A model generated the notes under the pieces. The model saw only the letters and a program-made list of their open reading frames with translations, had not been told where the DNA came from and searched no databases. Shown piece after piece: positions 9,050-16,386 of a stretch of 25,856 nt of DNA; the first letter of the stretch is position 1, and each line of letters begins with the position of its first letter. The translations under genes and the position numbers were made by a program. Location: IMG/VR virus record IMGVR_UViG_3300043415_000103, positions 1 through 25,856 of that record; one strand, 5' to 3'. The stretch comes from a virus. Lineage: Duplodnaviria; Caudoviricetes.

Positions 9050-9075
9050 CACCCGCCAACCGTTAGCCTTATTCT
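9046..9075 (+). promoter_or_regulatory. Sigma70-type early promoter TTGACA-N18-TATTCT
   Basis: Perfect -35 TTGACA (9046-9051) and -10 TATTCT (9070-9075), upstream of a run of small early-type genes. Confidence 0.75.
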
Positions 9076-9129
9076 TCGGGGGTCAGGGAAACAGCCCCAC
9101 ACGGGGCGCCTGATTTGGAGGGTAAACAA

Positions 9130-9372
9130 ATGGCAAAGGTAAGCCTTCGGGAGATCAAGACAACACTCAGCCTGATTGGCGATGGCGTGTTGATGGAGAG
9201 CCGGGAGCGCAGCCACTATGACGCAGCCATTGCGCTGAAGGTTGCGGTGCGACATGCACACGGCTTCAAGAGCGTGCGCGGCGAAGGCAGCGCGGCCGCA
9301 ATTCGATTTGAAGAGCTAGGCGATTACGAAACCGCCAACATGATCAACGCCACAATCTTGGAGGCATTCTAA
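9130..9372 (+). CDS. Hypothetical early protein
   Basis: ATG 9130 lies 8 nt after TGGAGG; first gene behind the promoter. Confidence 0.7.
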   Translation: MAKVSLREIKTTLSLIGDGVLMESRERSHYDAAIALKVAVRHAHGFKSVRGEGSAAAIRFEELGDYETANMINATILEAF

Positions 9373-9608
9373 TGAGCGGCGCACGATTCTCACACCTGTG
9401 CCAATACATCACCCGCCGCAACATCAGCGTTGCGATGGGGCGCGGGGTGCACGTGTGCAACCGCGCAGCCGATGCATTCGGTGAGGATTACTACCCCGAA
9501 GGCGCAACGCAGCCAATGTTGGTGACTATGTGCACCAAGCACGCTGAGGTTTGGGCAAAGAAAGCGGCACGCATCAAGCGCGCCCGAATGGTTGGAGGTG
9601 CACGATGA
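9372..9608 (+). CDS. Hypothetical Cys/His protein
   Basis: TAATG coupling; C...C...CxxH pattern. Confidence 0.65.
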   Translation: MSGARFSHLCQYITRRNISVAMGRGVHVCNRAADAFGEDYYPEGATQPMLVTMCTKHAEVWAKKAARIKRARMVGGAR

Positions 9609-9817
9609 GCGCGAAGGTAAGCCCAACGGGTTTGTACCAATACGTGATCAAGCAGGGTGATCGGCTCTGCGTTGATTGCATCAATGAGGTGATCGAAGCA
9701 AACCCCGGCATGCGCCGCGATGAATGGCGCCCTGCCCGCATTGAGGATTTTGACGCTGAGGCCTGTGATGCATGCGATTGCGTACCTGCCGCTGAGATTG
9801 GCAAGGTGATGGCATGA
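9605..9817 (+). CDS. Hypothetical Zn-binding protein (CVDC...CDAC)
   Basis: ATG 9605 follows GGAGGTG, in an ATGA overlap. Confidence 0.7.
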   Translation: MSAKVSPTGLYQYVIKQGDRLCVDCINEVIEANPGMRRDEWRPARIEDFDAEACDACDCVPAAEIGKVMA

Positions 9818-9966
9818 GCTCAGCGTTTTGGAATCTCTGCCCCGTATCGGCACGCCACGGCTATTTGCAGGTGGTGAAAAATGCGCAGGGCGGCTTGATT
9901 GCCGTATGCGCCAAATGCTATGTGCCCGTGAAGGGGCGTGAAAACCTATTGGGAGGTGGCAAATGA
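9814..9966 (+). CDS. 50-aa Zn-ribbon-like protein (absent from the ORF track)
   Basis: MSSAFWNLCPVSARHGYLQVVKNAQGGLIAVCAKCYVPVKGRENLLGGGK; ATGA overlaps at both ends. Confidence 0.7.
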   Translation: MSSAFWNLCPVSARHGYLQVVKNAQGGLIAVCAKCYVPVKGRENLLGGGK

Positions 9967-10049
9967 TCAGGGCAATTCAGGAATTCTTGACCTTCGCAAT
10001 CTTTGTTGGCTGCATCATCGTGGTGCTCATCGTTGGCGGTGCAGCGTGA
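9963..10049 (+). CDS. 28-aa single-TM micropeptide (absent from the ORF track)
   Basis: MIRAIQEFLTFAIFVGCIIVVLIVGGAA; GGAGG just upstream; ATGA/GTGA coupling on both sides. Confidence 0.65.
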   Translation: MIRAIQEFLTFAIFVGCIIVVLIVGGAA

Positions 10050-10216
10050 GCGCGCTGAATCGCGCAGGGCAGCCGCGCATGGTGAACGGCCTGCGCAGCC
10101 GCAGCGCCCTTGAGGCGTTTGAGCGGGCAGAGCGCCGCCGTGAGCGGCAGCGCTACACCATCGCCCTATGCGTGGCGCTCATCGTGGGCGCCGTGATCAT
10201 TCGAATGGGGGCGTGA
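10046..10216 (+). CDS. Small protein with C-terminal TM helix
   Basis: GTG 10046 overlaps the upstream TGA. A basic helix is followed by YTIALCVALIVGAVII. Confidence 0.65.
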   Translation: MSALNRAGQPRMVNGLRSRSALEAFERAERRRERQRYTIALCVALIVGAVIIRMGA

Positions 10217-10219
10217 ACG

Positions 10220-10417
10220 ATGCCCCTGTTTGATTACCAATGCCGCACCTGCAACGTGACCGTTGAGGCGCTTGCCCCGGCTGATGGGCGCAAAGCCCTG
10301 AGGCATGAGGTGTGCGGTGCAAAATTGTGGCGGCTCTTCAGCCCACCCGCCGTGATCTTCAAGGGTGAGGGCTTCGCAAAGAATGATCGGAGGGGTAAGA
10401 ATGGCAAAGGCGTTTGA
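10220..10417 (+). CDS. FmdB-family zinc ribbon protein
   Basis: MPLFDYQCRTC...HEVCG...RLFSPPAVIFKGEGFAKND matches the family pattern MPxY(E/D)YxC..C...FKGxGFY. Confidence 0.85.
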   Translation: MPLFDYQCRTCNVTVEALAPADGRKALRHEVCGAKLWRLFSPPAVIFKGEGFAKNDRRGKNGKGV

Positions 10418-11348
10418 ATTTGTGCGCGCTGAGCAGCGCTCTGAGGCGTGGCATGAGCTGCGCCGCGCAGGGCTTGGGGCTTCAGACATGGCCGCGGTCA
10501 TGGGCGTGAGCCCGTACCGCACGCCCTACCAATTGTGGGCTGAGAAAACGGGCACGGTGCCACCACAGGTGGTTGGGGCGGCAGCCCACCGGGGCGTGAT
10601 TCTTGAAGATGCCGTGGCGCACTACTACGAAATTGAACGTGGCGTGAAGCTGCGCAAATCCAATGGCATCGTGCGCTTGAAGCGGCACCCGCGCATCATG
10701 GCAAGCCTAGATCGAACGATTGTGGGCGAGCCTGAGGGCATCGTTGAAATCAAAACCTCAGCCTCACCGCGTTGGAGCATGTACCCCGTGCCACCTGAAG
10801 TGGTGGTGCAGGTGACTACCCAAATGGGCGTGGTAGGGGCTCAATGGTGTGACGTGGTGGCGCTCTTGGGCGGTTTGGTGTTCAAGATTGAGCGGGTGAC
10901 ATTTGACCCGGCGCTATGGGCTGAGATTCAGCGCAGCGCCATGCTGTTTCTTGAGGCCGTAGATACCAAAACGCCACCCGCAATGGAGGCGCTAGATGCT
11001 GCCGCCTATGCAATGGCAACGCCTCAGACTAGTGACGTGATCTTGACCGCCGATGAAAAGATTGAGCGGGTGTATGAGCAGCTCCGCGAAGCCAACACCG
11101 AATTGCATTTCCTAGAGCAGAAAAAGGGCGCGTTGGAAATGATTATCAAAGAGGCGATCGGTGAAAACGGCGGCATTGCGGGGGGCAATTGGGCAATCTA
11201 TTGGCGCCAATCCCGCCCAACGCAAGTCACCGATTGGAAATTGGCGGCACAGGCGGCAGGCGTATTGCCGCAGGTGGTTGCCACCTACACAGACACAAAG
11301 CCGGGCACGCGCCGATTCATTGTGCGTGATGGTGGCACCAATGATTGA
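10401..11348 (+). CDS. YqaJ-like (lambda-exonuclease fold) recombination exonuclease
   Basis: W..LRRAGLGASD, YRTPYQLWAEKTG, G..LE, ASLDR, VEIKT motifs; RBS GGAGG. Confidence 0.92.
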   Translation: MAKAFEFVRAEQRSEAWHELRRAGLGASDMAAVMGVSPYRTPYQLWAEKTGTVPPQVVGAAAHRGVILEDAVAHYYEIERGVKLRKSNGIVRLKRHPRIMASLDRTIVGEPEGIVEIKTSASPRWSMYPVPPEVVVQVTTQMGVVGAQWCDVVALLGGLVFKIERVTFDPALWAEIQRSAMLFLEAVDTKTPPAMEALDAAAYAMATPQTSDVILTADEKIERVYEQLREANTELHFLEQKKGALEMIIKEAIGENGGIAGGNWAIYWRQSRPTQVTDWKLAAQAAGVLPQVVATYTDTKPGTRRFIVRDGGTND

Positions 11349-11886
11349 TTACGTGCCGAAGGGCGAGATGGTGACCCTCACGCAGGCTGAATTTGAAGCC
11401 GCATGGGCGGTGGGTGAGGCGCGTGAGGCGGCCAATGCAGGGGTGGGCGATGCGCGCCACTATCAGGGCATTGACCGCACCAAAGCCGATGATTCTCTGA
11501 CCTCACATTGCGTGGCTGCCGTTGCCGAATACGCCGTGGCCAAGCTTACGGGGCAGCGGTGGCACGGGTTGGCTTGGAGCCGTGACGATCACGGCGCCCA
11601 TCGCAACGATCCCGATGTGGGGCAGCGCATTGAGGTGCGCCGTATCCTGAAGCCCAACAATGGGTTGCAGGTGCGAGAGCGTGACATTGCACGCGATCGA
11701 ATCATGGTGCTTGCCTACCCGTTGCCCCTGTCAGGCTATCGGGTGGTTGACGTGATCGGTTGGATTGAAGCCCGCGAAGGGCAACAGGTGATGGAGGTGA
11801 CGCAATGGGGCAATAGGGTGCCGCAACGGTTTCTGAAGAGCATCAAAACATTGAAGGGAGAAATCACACATGCCGAAGCACGCTGA
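11341..11886 (+). CDS. Hypothetical protein, possible PD-(D/E)xK-like nuclease fold
   Basis: AEYAVAK...PDVG..IEVR pattern; ATG 11341 overlaps the exonuclease end. Confidence 0.5.
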   Translation: MIDYVPKGEMVTLTQAEFEAAWAVGEAREAANAGVGDARHYQGIDRTKADDSLTSHCVAAVAEYAVAKLTGQRWHGLAWSRDDHGAHRNDPDVGQRIEVRRILKPNNGLQVRERDIARDRIMVLAYPLPLSGYRVVDVIGWIEAREGQQVMEVTQWGNRVPQRFLKSIKTLKGEITHAEAR

Positions 11887-12568
11887 CATTTTGGCCGCGT
11901 TGGCCGCACCATTCCCGCCTGAGGTAATCAGGCACCGCCCCGGCGTAGGTGGGCGCGATCTCACATGGGTTGACGCCCGCACCGTGGCCGCACGCCTTGA
12001 TGAGGTGTTGGGCATTGATGCATGGGATTTCGCCTGTGAGCCCGTGCGCGATTCAAACACCGTGGTGGGCATGCTCACCGTTCGATTTCCCGATGGCAGC
12101 GTGGCACGCCGTCAAGATTTCGGGTACGAAACGGGCGGCAGCGGCGAGAGCCTGAAAGAGGCAGCCTCCGACGCCCTCAGGCGCTGTGCAAGCCTGTTTG
12201 GCGTTGCAAGGTACCTGTACGCGGGTGAACGGGCCTCAGCGCCCCGCATTTCAGCCCCTGCGTTGAAGCCTGCGGCAGCCCCTGCCCCCGTGGCAGCGCC
12301 CACAGGGCACGAAACGGTGGTGCTCAAGGCTGCGCAGCTCTTCGCTGAAGGGGAATGCCCCGATCATCGGGAGCCGTGGCAGCGAAAGCCGGGCGGCGTA
12401 TCAAAGGCAACGGGTAAGCCCTATCAGCCGTTTTGGGCGTGCTCTGGCCGCACCGATGGGCAATTTTGCAAGCGTAAGCCTGCGATCGAATGGGTGAACG
12501 CGCAGGCGGCAGCGCCTAGCGGTGAGCCTGAGCGCTCTGAGGTTGACCTTGAGAGCCTGCCCTTTTAG
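11870..12568 (+). CDS. Rad52/Sak-family ssDNA annealing protein with C-terminal Zn-ribbon and SSB-like acidic tail
   Basis: LAAPFP...WVDARTVAARLDEVLG...W, and KEAASDALRRCASLFGVARYLY; then CPDH...FWACS...C; ends EVDLESLPF. Confidence 0.88.
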   Translation: MPKHADILAALAAPFPPEVIRHRPGVGGRDLTWVDARTVAARLDEVLGIDAWDFACEPVRDSNTVVGMLTVRFPDGSVARRQDFGYETGGSGESLKEAASDALRRCASLFGVARYLYAGERASAPRISAPALKPAAAPAPVAAPTGHETVVLKAAQLFAEGECPDHREPWQRKPGGVSKATGKPYQPFWACSGRTDGQFCKRKPAIEWVNAQAAAPSGEPERSEVDLESLPF

Positions 12569-12582
12569 CATCACGAATTCAC

Positions 12583-12608
12583 GGGGGCGGCAGGGCATTG
12601 CCGCCCCC
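12583..12608 (+). terminator. 10-bp GC-rich hairpin (GGGGGCGGCA/TGCCGCCCCC) without U-tract; terminator or mRNA processing/stability element
   Basis: Perfect inverted repeat between the Sak and replication genes, directly before RBS GATTGGAGG. Confidence 0.5.
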
Positions 12609-12629
12609 ACCAGATTGGAGGAATAGAGC

Positions 12630-13067
12630 ATGAGCCTATGGATCAAATGGGATTGCAACGCACACAAAGATGACAAAATTGCGACGCTCACCGATACAGA
12701 ATTTCGGGCATTCATCGTGGCAATCAGCGAAGCCAAGCAGCTTCGGAGCGGCGGCATCTTCAAGAGCCGTGAGCACCTGAAGGCTTGCATTGGCACCCGG
12801 TACGGCAAGGCGATTTCAGGGCTGATCAATAAAGGCCTCATGGGGGTAGATCAGGCAGGGATCGTGGCAATCAAATCATGGCATCGGTATCAGGTTGACC
12901 CGACATCAACCCGACGTCAGGCTGCGTTCACGGCACGGCGCCGCTCAGAATCGGGGGGGATAACGGAAACCAAACGCTCTAGAGAGAGAGCAGAGATAGA
13001 GCAGAGAGAGAATAACCCCCTAACCCCCTTGAGCGCAGGTGAGATTTTGCGGCGGGTGATGCCATGA
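12630..13067 (+). CDS. Putative replication initiator (replisome-organiser-like winged helix), minimal
   Basis: WIKWD...DDKIATL start and LINKGLM...IKSWHRYQ...STRRQAAF signature, followed by an AG-rich low-complexity segment typical of phage initiator genes. Confidence 0.7.
   Translation: MSLWIKWDCNAHKDDKIATLTDTEFRAFIVAISEAKQLRSGGIFKSREHLKACIGTRYGKAISGLINKGLMGVDQAGIVAIKSWHRYQVDPTSTRRQAAFTARRRSESGGITETKRSRERAEIEQRENNPLTPLSAGEILRRVMP
12977..13030. repeat. AG-rich iteron-like repeats (AGAGCAGAGA x2; TAACCCCC x2), candidate replication origin
   Basis: ctctagagagagagcagagatagagcagagagagaataaccccctaaccccctt inside the initiator gene. Confidence 0.5.
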
Positions 13068-13630
13068 GAAACGTTGCATTGATGGGCAGAGCAGGCACAG
13101 GCAAAACCACATTGGCGCAAATGCTGTGTGAGCGGGGCACCTACGATCGGCTTGCCATTGCCGATTCGATCAAGCAGGTGGCACGGCTTGCCTTTGGTAC
13201 CTATGACAAAGAAACCAAATACCCGCAGCACCAATTGGGCTTGAGCACGCTAGTGACAGGGCGTGAGCTTGCACAAAACATTGGCGCTGCCTTGAGGGAA
13301 ATGGATTCGCTGTTTTGGCTTCGGGCATGGAAGCGCCGGGTTGAGGGGCGTGATCCTGACGGCACACGATGGGTGGGTGATCCTCACCTGTGGGTTTGCG
13401 ATGACGTGAGGCTTGACGCTGAACGGGCGTTCATTGAGGCGTGGTATCCCGATACCCTGTTTGTGCGATTGGTGCGGCCTCAGGTGGGCGATCCTGAGCC
13501 GTGGCAATTCGACATCACCGAAAGCCGGGCGGGTGACCTGCCCGCTGAGTTGGTGCTTGACACGCAGGCGCTTACACCCCAAGAATGCCTGAGCGCTATT
13601 CTGAGCGCCATGAATGGAGGTACAAAATGA
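13064..13630 (+). CDS. Deoxynucleoside monophosphate kinase-like P-loop protein
   Basis: GRAGTGKTT, IADSIK, RELAQNIG..LRE, FW and DDVRLDAE motifs of phage dNMP kinases. Confidence 0.8.
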   Translation: MRNVALMGRAGTGKTTLAQMLCERGTYDRLAIADSIKQVARLAFGTYDKETKYPQHQLGLSTLVTGRELAQNIGAALREMDSLFWLRAWKRRVEGRDPDGTRWVGDPHLWVCDDVRLDAERAFIEAWYPDTLFVRLVRPQVGDPEPWQFDITESRAGDLPAELVLDTQALTPQECLSAILSAMNGGTK

Positions 13631-13836
13631 GCGAGCTAGGCGATCTGCAAATGATGGCTGAGATGGTGGGCTTTCGGTACGCCAATTGCGCCATTGACAC
13701 GGTGAGCGGGCGCGTCACGCTTGCCTGTGAGGATTATGACGGCAACACCCTCACCGCTGAGGGTGCCAATCTCAACGATGCCATGAGCGGCATGATGGCG
13801 CGCTTGGGCGCGATCATTGAAGCAGGGCAAGCCTGA
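13627..13836 (+). CDS. Hypothetical protein
   Basis: ATG 13627 follows GGAGGT, in an ATGA overlap. Confidence 0.7.
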   Translation: MSELGDLQMMAEMVGFRYANCAIDTVSGRVTLACEDYDGNTLTAEGANLNDAMSGMMARLGAIIEAGQA

Positions 13837-14039
13837 TGGCAGGCGTGAAGGCAAAGCGCGGCGGCCCATCGCTGCCACCGCGTTGGAGCGTCACCGATTG
13901 CACCGAATGCGGCAAGAGCATTGAGGTGGCTGATGCCAAAAAGCCAACCTTCCCGGCTTCGCGTGTGAAGGTAATTACCTTCAACGGTGCGAAGGGAAAC
14001 GTGCGCCTGCATTGGCGCCACAAAGCGTGCGTCAAATGA
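13836..14039 (+). CDS. Small basic Zn-binding protein (CTEC...HKAC)
   Basis: TGATG coupling; CxxC...HxxC. Confidence 0.65.
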   Translation: MAGVKAKRGGPSLPPRWSVTDCTECGKSIEVADAKKPTFPASRVKVITFNGAKGNVRLHWRHKACVK

Positions 14040-14197
14040 GCGGGCTTGCCGTTGCATTGATGGTGGCACACGCAGCCATTGGCTTGATGATGGCGTGGAT
14101 TGGGCTCACCGATCGAAGGGCAAACCTTCCCATCGTCACGGTGTGGTTTGCAATCAGCATGCTCACGGCGGTGACGCTTGGAGCGTTGGCACGATGA
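14036..14197 (+). CDS. Small two-TM membrane protein
   Basis: ATG 14036 in an ATGA overlap; two hydrophobic helices. Confidence 0.65.
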   Translation: MSGLAVALMVAHAAIGLMMAWIGLTDRRANLPIVTVWFAISMLTAVTLGALAR

Positions 14198-14574
14198 CGC
14201 GCACAAATGATCTTGACGTTGACGCGCAGAATGCAGCGCGCCGCAGGGGGAAGAATAATAGGCAAAGGGGAAACGGGCTTGAAAGGCGCCTAGCCGCTGA
14301 GCTCACCGAAGCAGGGTTGGCAGGTGAGCGGGTGGGGCAATACGGCGGGAAGGTTGACGCCCGTGGCATTGGCATCATCATCAGCGCGAAGAAAGGTGGC
14401 GCGTATTCTGAGCGCTATGACAAATGGTTGAATGAATTGAAGCCGAAGGCTGATGAGGTGGCAGCGCTAGTGATTGAAGATGCGCCCGGCTCAGGGATCA
14501 AAGCGCGCCGCATGGCCGTGATCTCATGGGAGGCGCTGATCGAGCTGCTACAAAGTAGGGAGGGCACCAAATGA
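14194..14574 (+). CDS. Putative Holliday junction resolvase (Hjc-like PD-(D/E)xK fold)
   Basis: RGNGLERRLAAEL...KVD...IIISAKKG; ATGA coupling. Confidence 0.6.
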   Translation: MTRTNDLDVDAQNAARRRGKNNRQRGNGLERRLAAELTEAGLAGERVGQYGGKVDARGIGIIISAKKGGAYSERYDKWLNELKPKADEVAALVIEDAPGSGIKARRMAVISWEALIELLQSREGTK

Positions 14575-15023
14575 AAATCGCATGGGTAGTGGCGCTCATT
14601 GCTGCGCCGTTCACAAACCCTGTGCCAACGGGTGAGCCCGTGGCACCGCTGCCAACCGTGGTGGCTGATCAGCCCGCTGTGCCGCTTGGGTATTTCGTAG
14701 GCGATGCCACGTGGTATGACGCTGACCGGGGGAATCTCTCAACGTGGTACACACGCGCAGGCATTGACATGTACGGCGCCATTGGCGCTGAGGTACGCGC
14801 CTTCAAGCCACACCGATGGCGCACCTCATGGCAGGTGCAGGTGGTGAGCCTGCTCACAGGCCGCAGCGTCATCGTTGAGGTGGTTGATGAATGCACCTGC
14901 TACGGCATCAAGGCTGACCGCACCGACGATCGGCTGATTGATCTGAGCCCTGAGGTGTGGCAGGCGCTAGGCGTGCCGCTCTCGCGTGGCGTCATGCCCA
15001 TCGTGTTGGTGGTGATTCCATGA
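14571..15023 (+). CDS. RlpA-like double-psi beta-barrel protein (lytic transglycosylase/expansin-like) with hydrophobic N-terminus
   Basis: GDATWY, VIVEVVDEC, RLIDLSPEVWQALG and GVMPIV motifs. Confidence 0.82.
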   Translation: MKIAWVVALIAAPFTNPVPTGEPVAPLPTVVADQPAVPLGYFVGDATWYDADRGNLSTWYTRAGIDMYGAIGAEVRAFKPHRWRTSWQVQVVSLLTGRSVIVEVVDECTCYGIKADRTDDRLIDLSPEVWQALGVPLSRGVMPIVLVVIP

Positions 15024-15499
15024 GCCGAAGCCTGCGCCCTGAGGTAATCAATAAGCGCGTGTTGGAGGCATACCCCGGCTCAACGGCGGTGGTGGCTTCA
15101 GAAAAGGTGGCAGCCCACATGCGTGAATGTGGGGTGAACATCACAGGCCGCACCATTCGATCGTATGCAAAGGCAGAGCGCCGCCCCTCAGAAAAATTCT
15201 GCTTCATCTTCGCCCAAGCCTTCGGGCCGTTTGAGCAGGATGATTGGATTGATCGGGAGAATCTCCCCAAGCCGTACACCTCAAACAAACGCCCTGAGCT
15301 GAGCGCGGCAGAGAAAGAGGCACGCCGCTTGCAAATGTTGGTGAACAGGTTTTGTGATTGGTGCGTTGGTGGTGATACCTCAAGCGGCAAAACCCCATCG
15401 TGCCCTGATGCAACGTGTGTGCTTCGCCCGGCTTCACCGCTGCCATTGGCAGGCAATGCGCACACAAAGCGTGTGTCATCGCCTGATCGGTGGGATTGA
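15020..15499 (+). CDS. Putative XRE-like HTH regulator with C-terminal Cys cluster
   Basis: SEKVAAHM...ITGRTIRSYAKAERRPSEKF resembles XRE helices 2-4; C-terminal CDWC...CPDATC. Confidence 0.55.
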   Translation: MSRSLRPEVINKRVLEAYPGSTAVVASEKVAAHMRECGVNITGRTIRSYAKAERRPSEKFCFIFAQAFGPFEQDDWIDRENLPKPYTSNKRPELSAAEKEARRLQMLVNRFCDWCVGGDTSSGKTPSCPDATCVLRPASPLPLAGNAHTKRVSSPDRWD

Positions 15500-15984
15500 T
15501 GGCATACAATCGGCGCACGCCGTCACCTAGTGGCGGCCCCCCGCCCGCACGTGAATCCTCCCACGTGCGGGCGGCTATACCCCAAAGCCTGCGCGATGCG
15601 GTCACCGCATACCTCAACGCCAACCGCGGCATCATGCGCCTCACCGAATGGGAATTGAAGGCGAGCGATGACCTGCCACCCGATGATGCATGGGCTGACA
15701 TTGACGTGAGCGAAAACCTGTGGGTGGCAACCATTCGCCTATCAAACGATTTCTTCAAGCTCAAGCCGCGTGAGCAGCGCCGGGTATTAGCCCATGAGAT
15801 GCTGCACATTCACCTCAACGTGATTGATCGAATGGTGGCGCACCTTGATGGCATCTTGGGTGGTGAAGCCTTCGCCCTGTTTGATGCCCAATTTGATACC
15901 GAAAGCGAACGGCTGTGCGAAGCCCTGAGCTTTATCGTGGCAGAGCGCTTGCCCCTGCCTGATTTCAAACCCCGTGCCGCTTAG
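15499..15984 (+). CDS. HExxH zinc metallopeptidase (ImmA/IrrE- or SprT-like zincin)
   Basis: QRRVLAHEMLHIH with a downstream ESERLCEAL helix; TGATG coupling to the HTH gene. Confidence 0.7.
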   Translation: MAYNRRTPSPSGGPPPARESSHVRAAIPQSLRDAVTAYLNANRGIMRLTEWELKASDDLPPDDAWADIDVSENLWVATIRLSNDFFKLKPREQRRVLAHEMLHIHLNVIDRMVAHLDGILGGEAFALFDAQFDTESERLCEALSFIVAERLPLPDFKPRAA

Positions 15985-16321
15985 GTTTGCCCGTGCCTGC
16001 CTGACATGCGGGCTGCTTCAACGTGTAGGCAATCGGTGCGGTACCTGTGCCGCGAAGATCACCGCCAAGCGCCAACGGGAGCGCGGCCCACAGCCCTACG
16101 CTGACCCTGCATGGCGGCGCCTGAGCGCTGAGGTACGGCGTGAGCACCCGTGGTGCCAACGCTGTGGCGCTGTCAACGATCTCACCGTTGATCACATCTT
16201 CCCGCTTCAGCCGGGGCAAAGCCCTGTGGTGCCGAAGGCGGCGCTACGTGTGCTCTGCCGCTCTTGCCACGGCAAGATCACGCGGCACACGGGGGGGCGG
16301 TTAGAATCTGCGCATGAATAG
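15974..16321 (+). CDS. HNH endonuclease (HK97 gp74-like terminase accessory)
   Basis: W..LS..VRREHPWCQRC...VDHIFP...LRVLCRSCH; immediately upstream of TerS. Confidence 0.9.
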   Translation: MPLRFARACLTCGLLQRVGNRCGTCAAKITAKRQRERGPQPYADPAWRRLSAEVRREHPWCQRCGAVNDLTVDHIFPLQPGQSPVVPKAALRVLCRSCHGKITRHTGGRLESAHE

Positions 16322-16386
16322 CGTCAAGGTATCCAGCGCCGATAGGCAAGCGTGCACATCCATTTTGGTGGGGTGGGGGTTTTTGA
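16288..16386. other. Candidate cos/packaging-initiation region
   Basis: G7 run (16291-16297) and intergenic spacer between HNH and a P27-family TerS, where cos lies in HK97-like phages. The exact cut site cannot be determined here. Confidence 0.5.

Noticed and set aside
9938-10045. Long N-terminus of the track ORF 9938-10216
   Set aside because: The region is better explained by coupled ORFs 9814-9966 and 9963-10049, followed by GTG 10046.
11161-15019. Upstream extensions of the track ORFs starting at 11161, 13585, 13987, 14012 and 14957
   Set aside because: Each overlaps a real upstream gene extensively. Downstream ATGs that overlap or abut the upstream stop (11341, 13627, 14194, 14036, 15020) are more plausible.
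16367-16379. G-quadruplex in GGTGGGGTGGGGG before terS
   Set aside because: There are too few closely spaced runs of three or more G for a canonical intramolecular quadruplex. The stretch is more simply part of the cos/RBS region.
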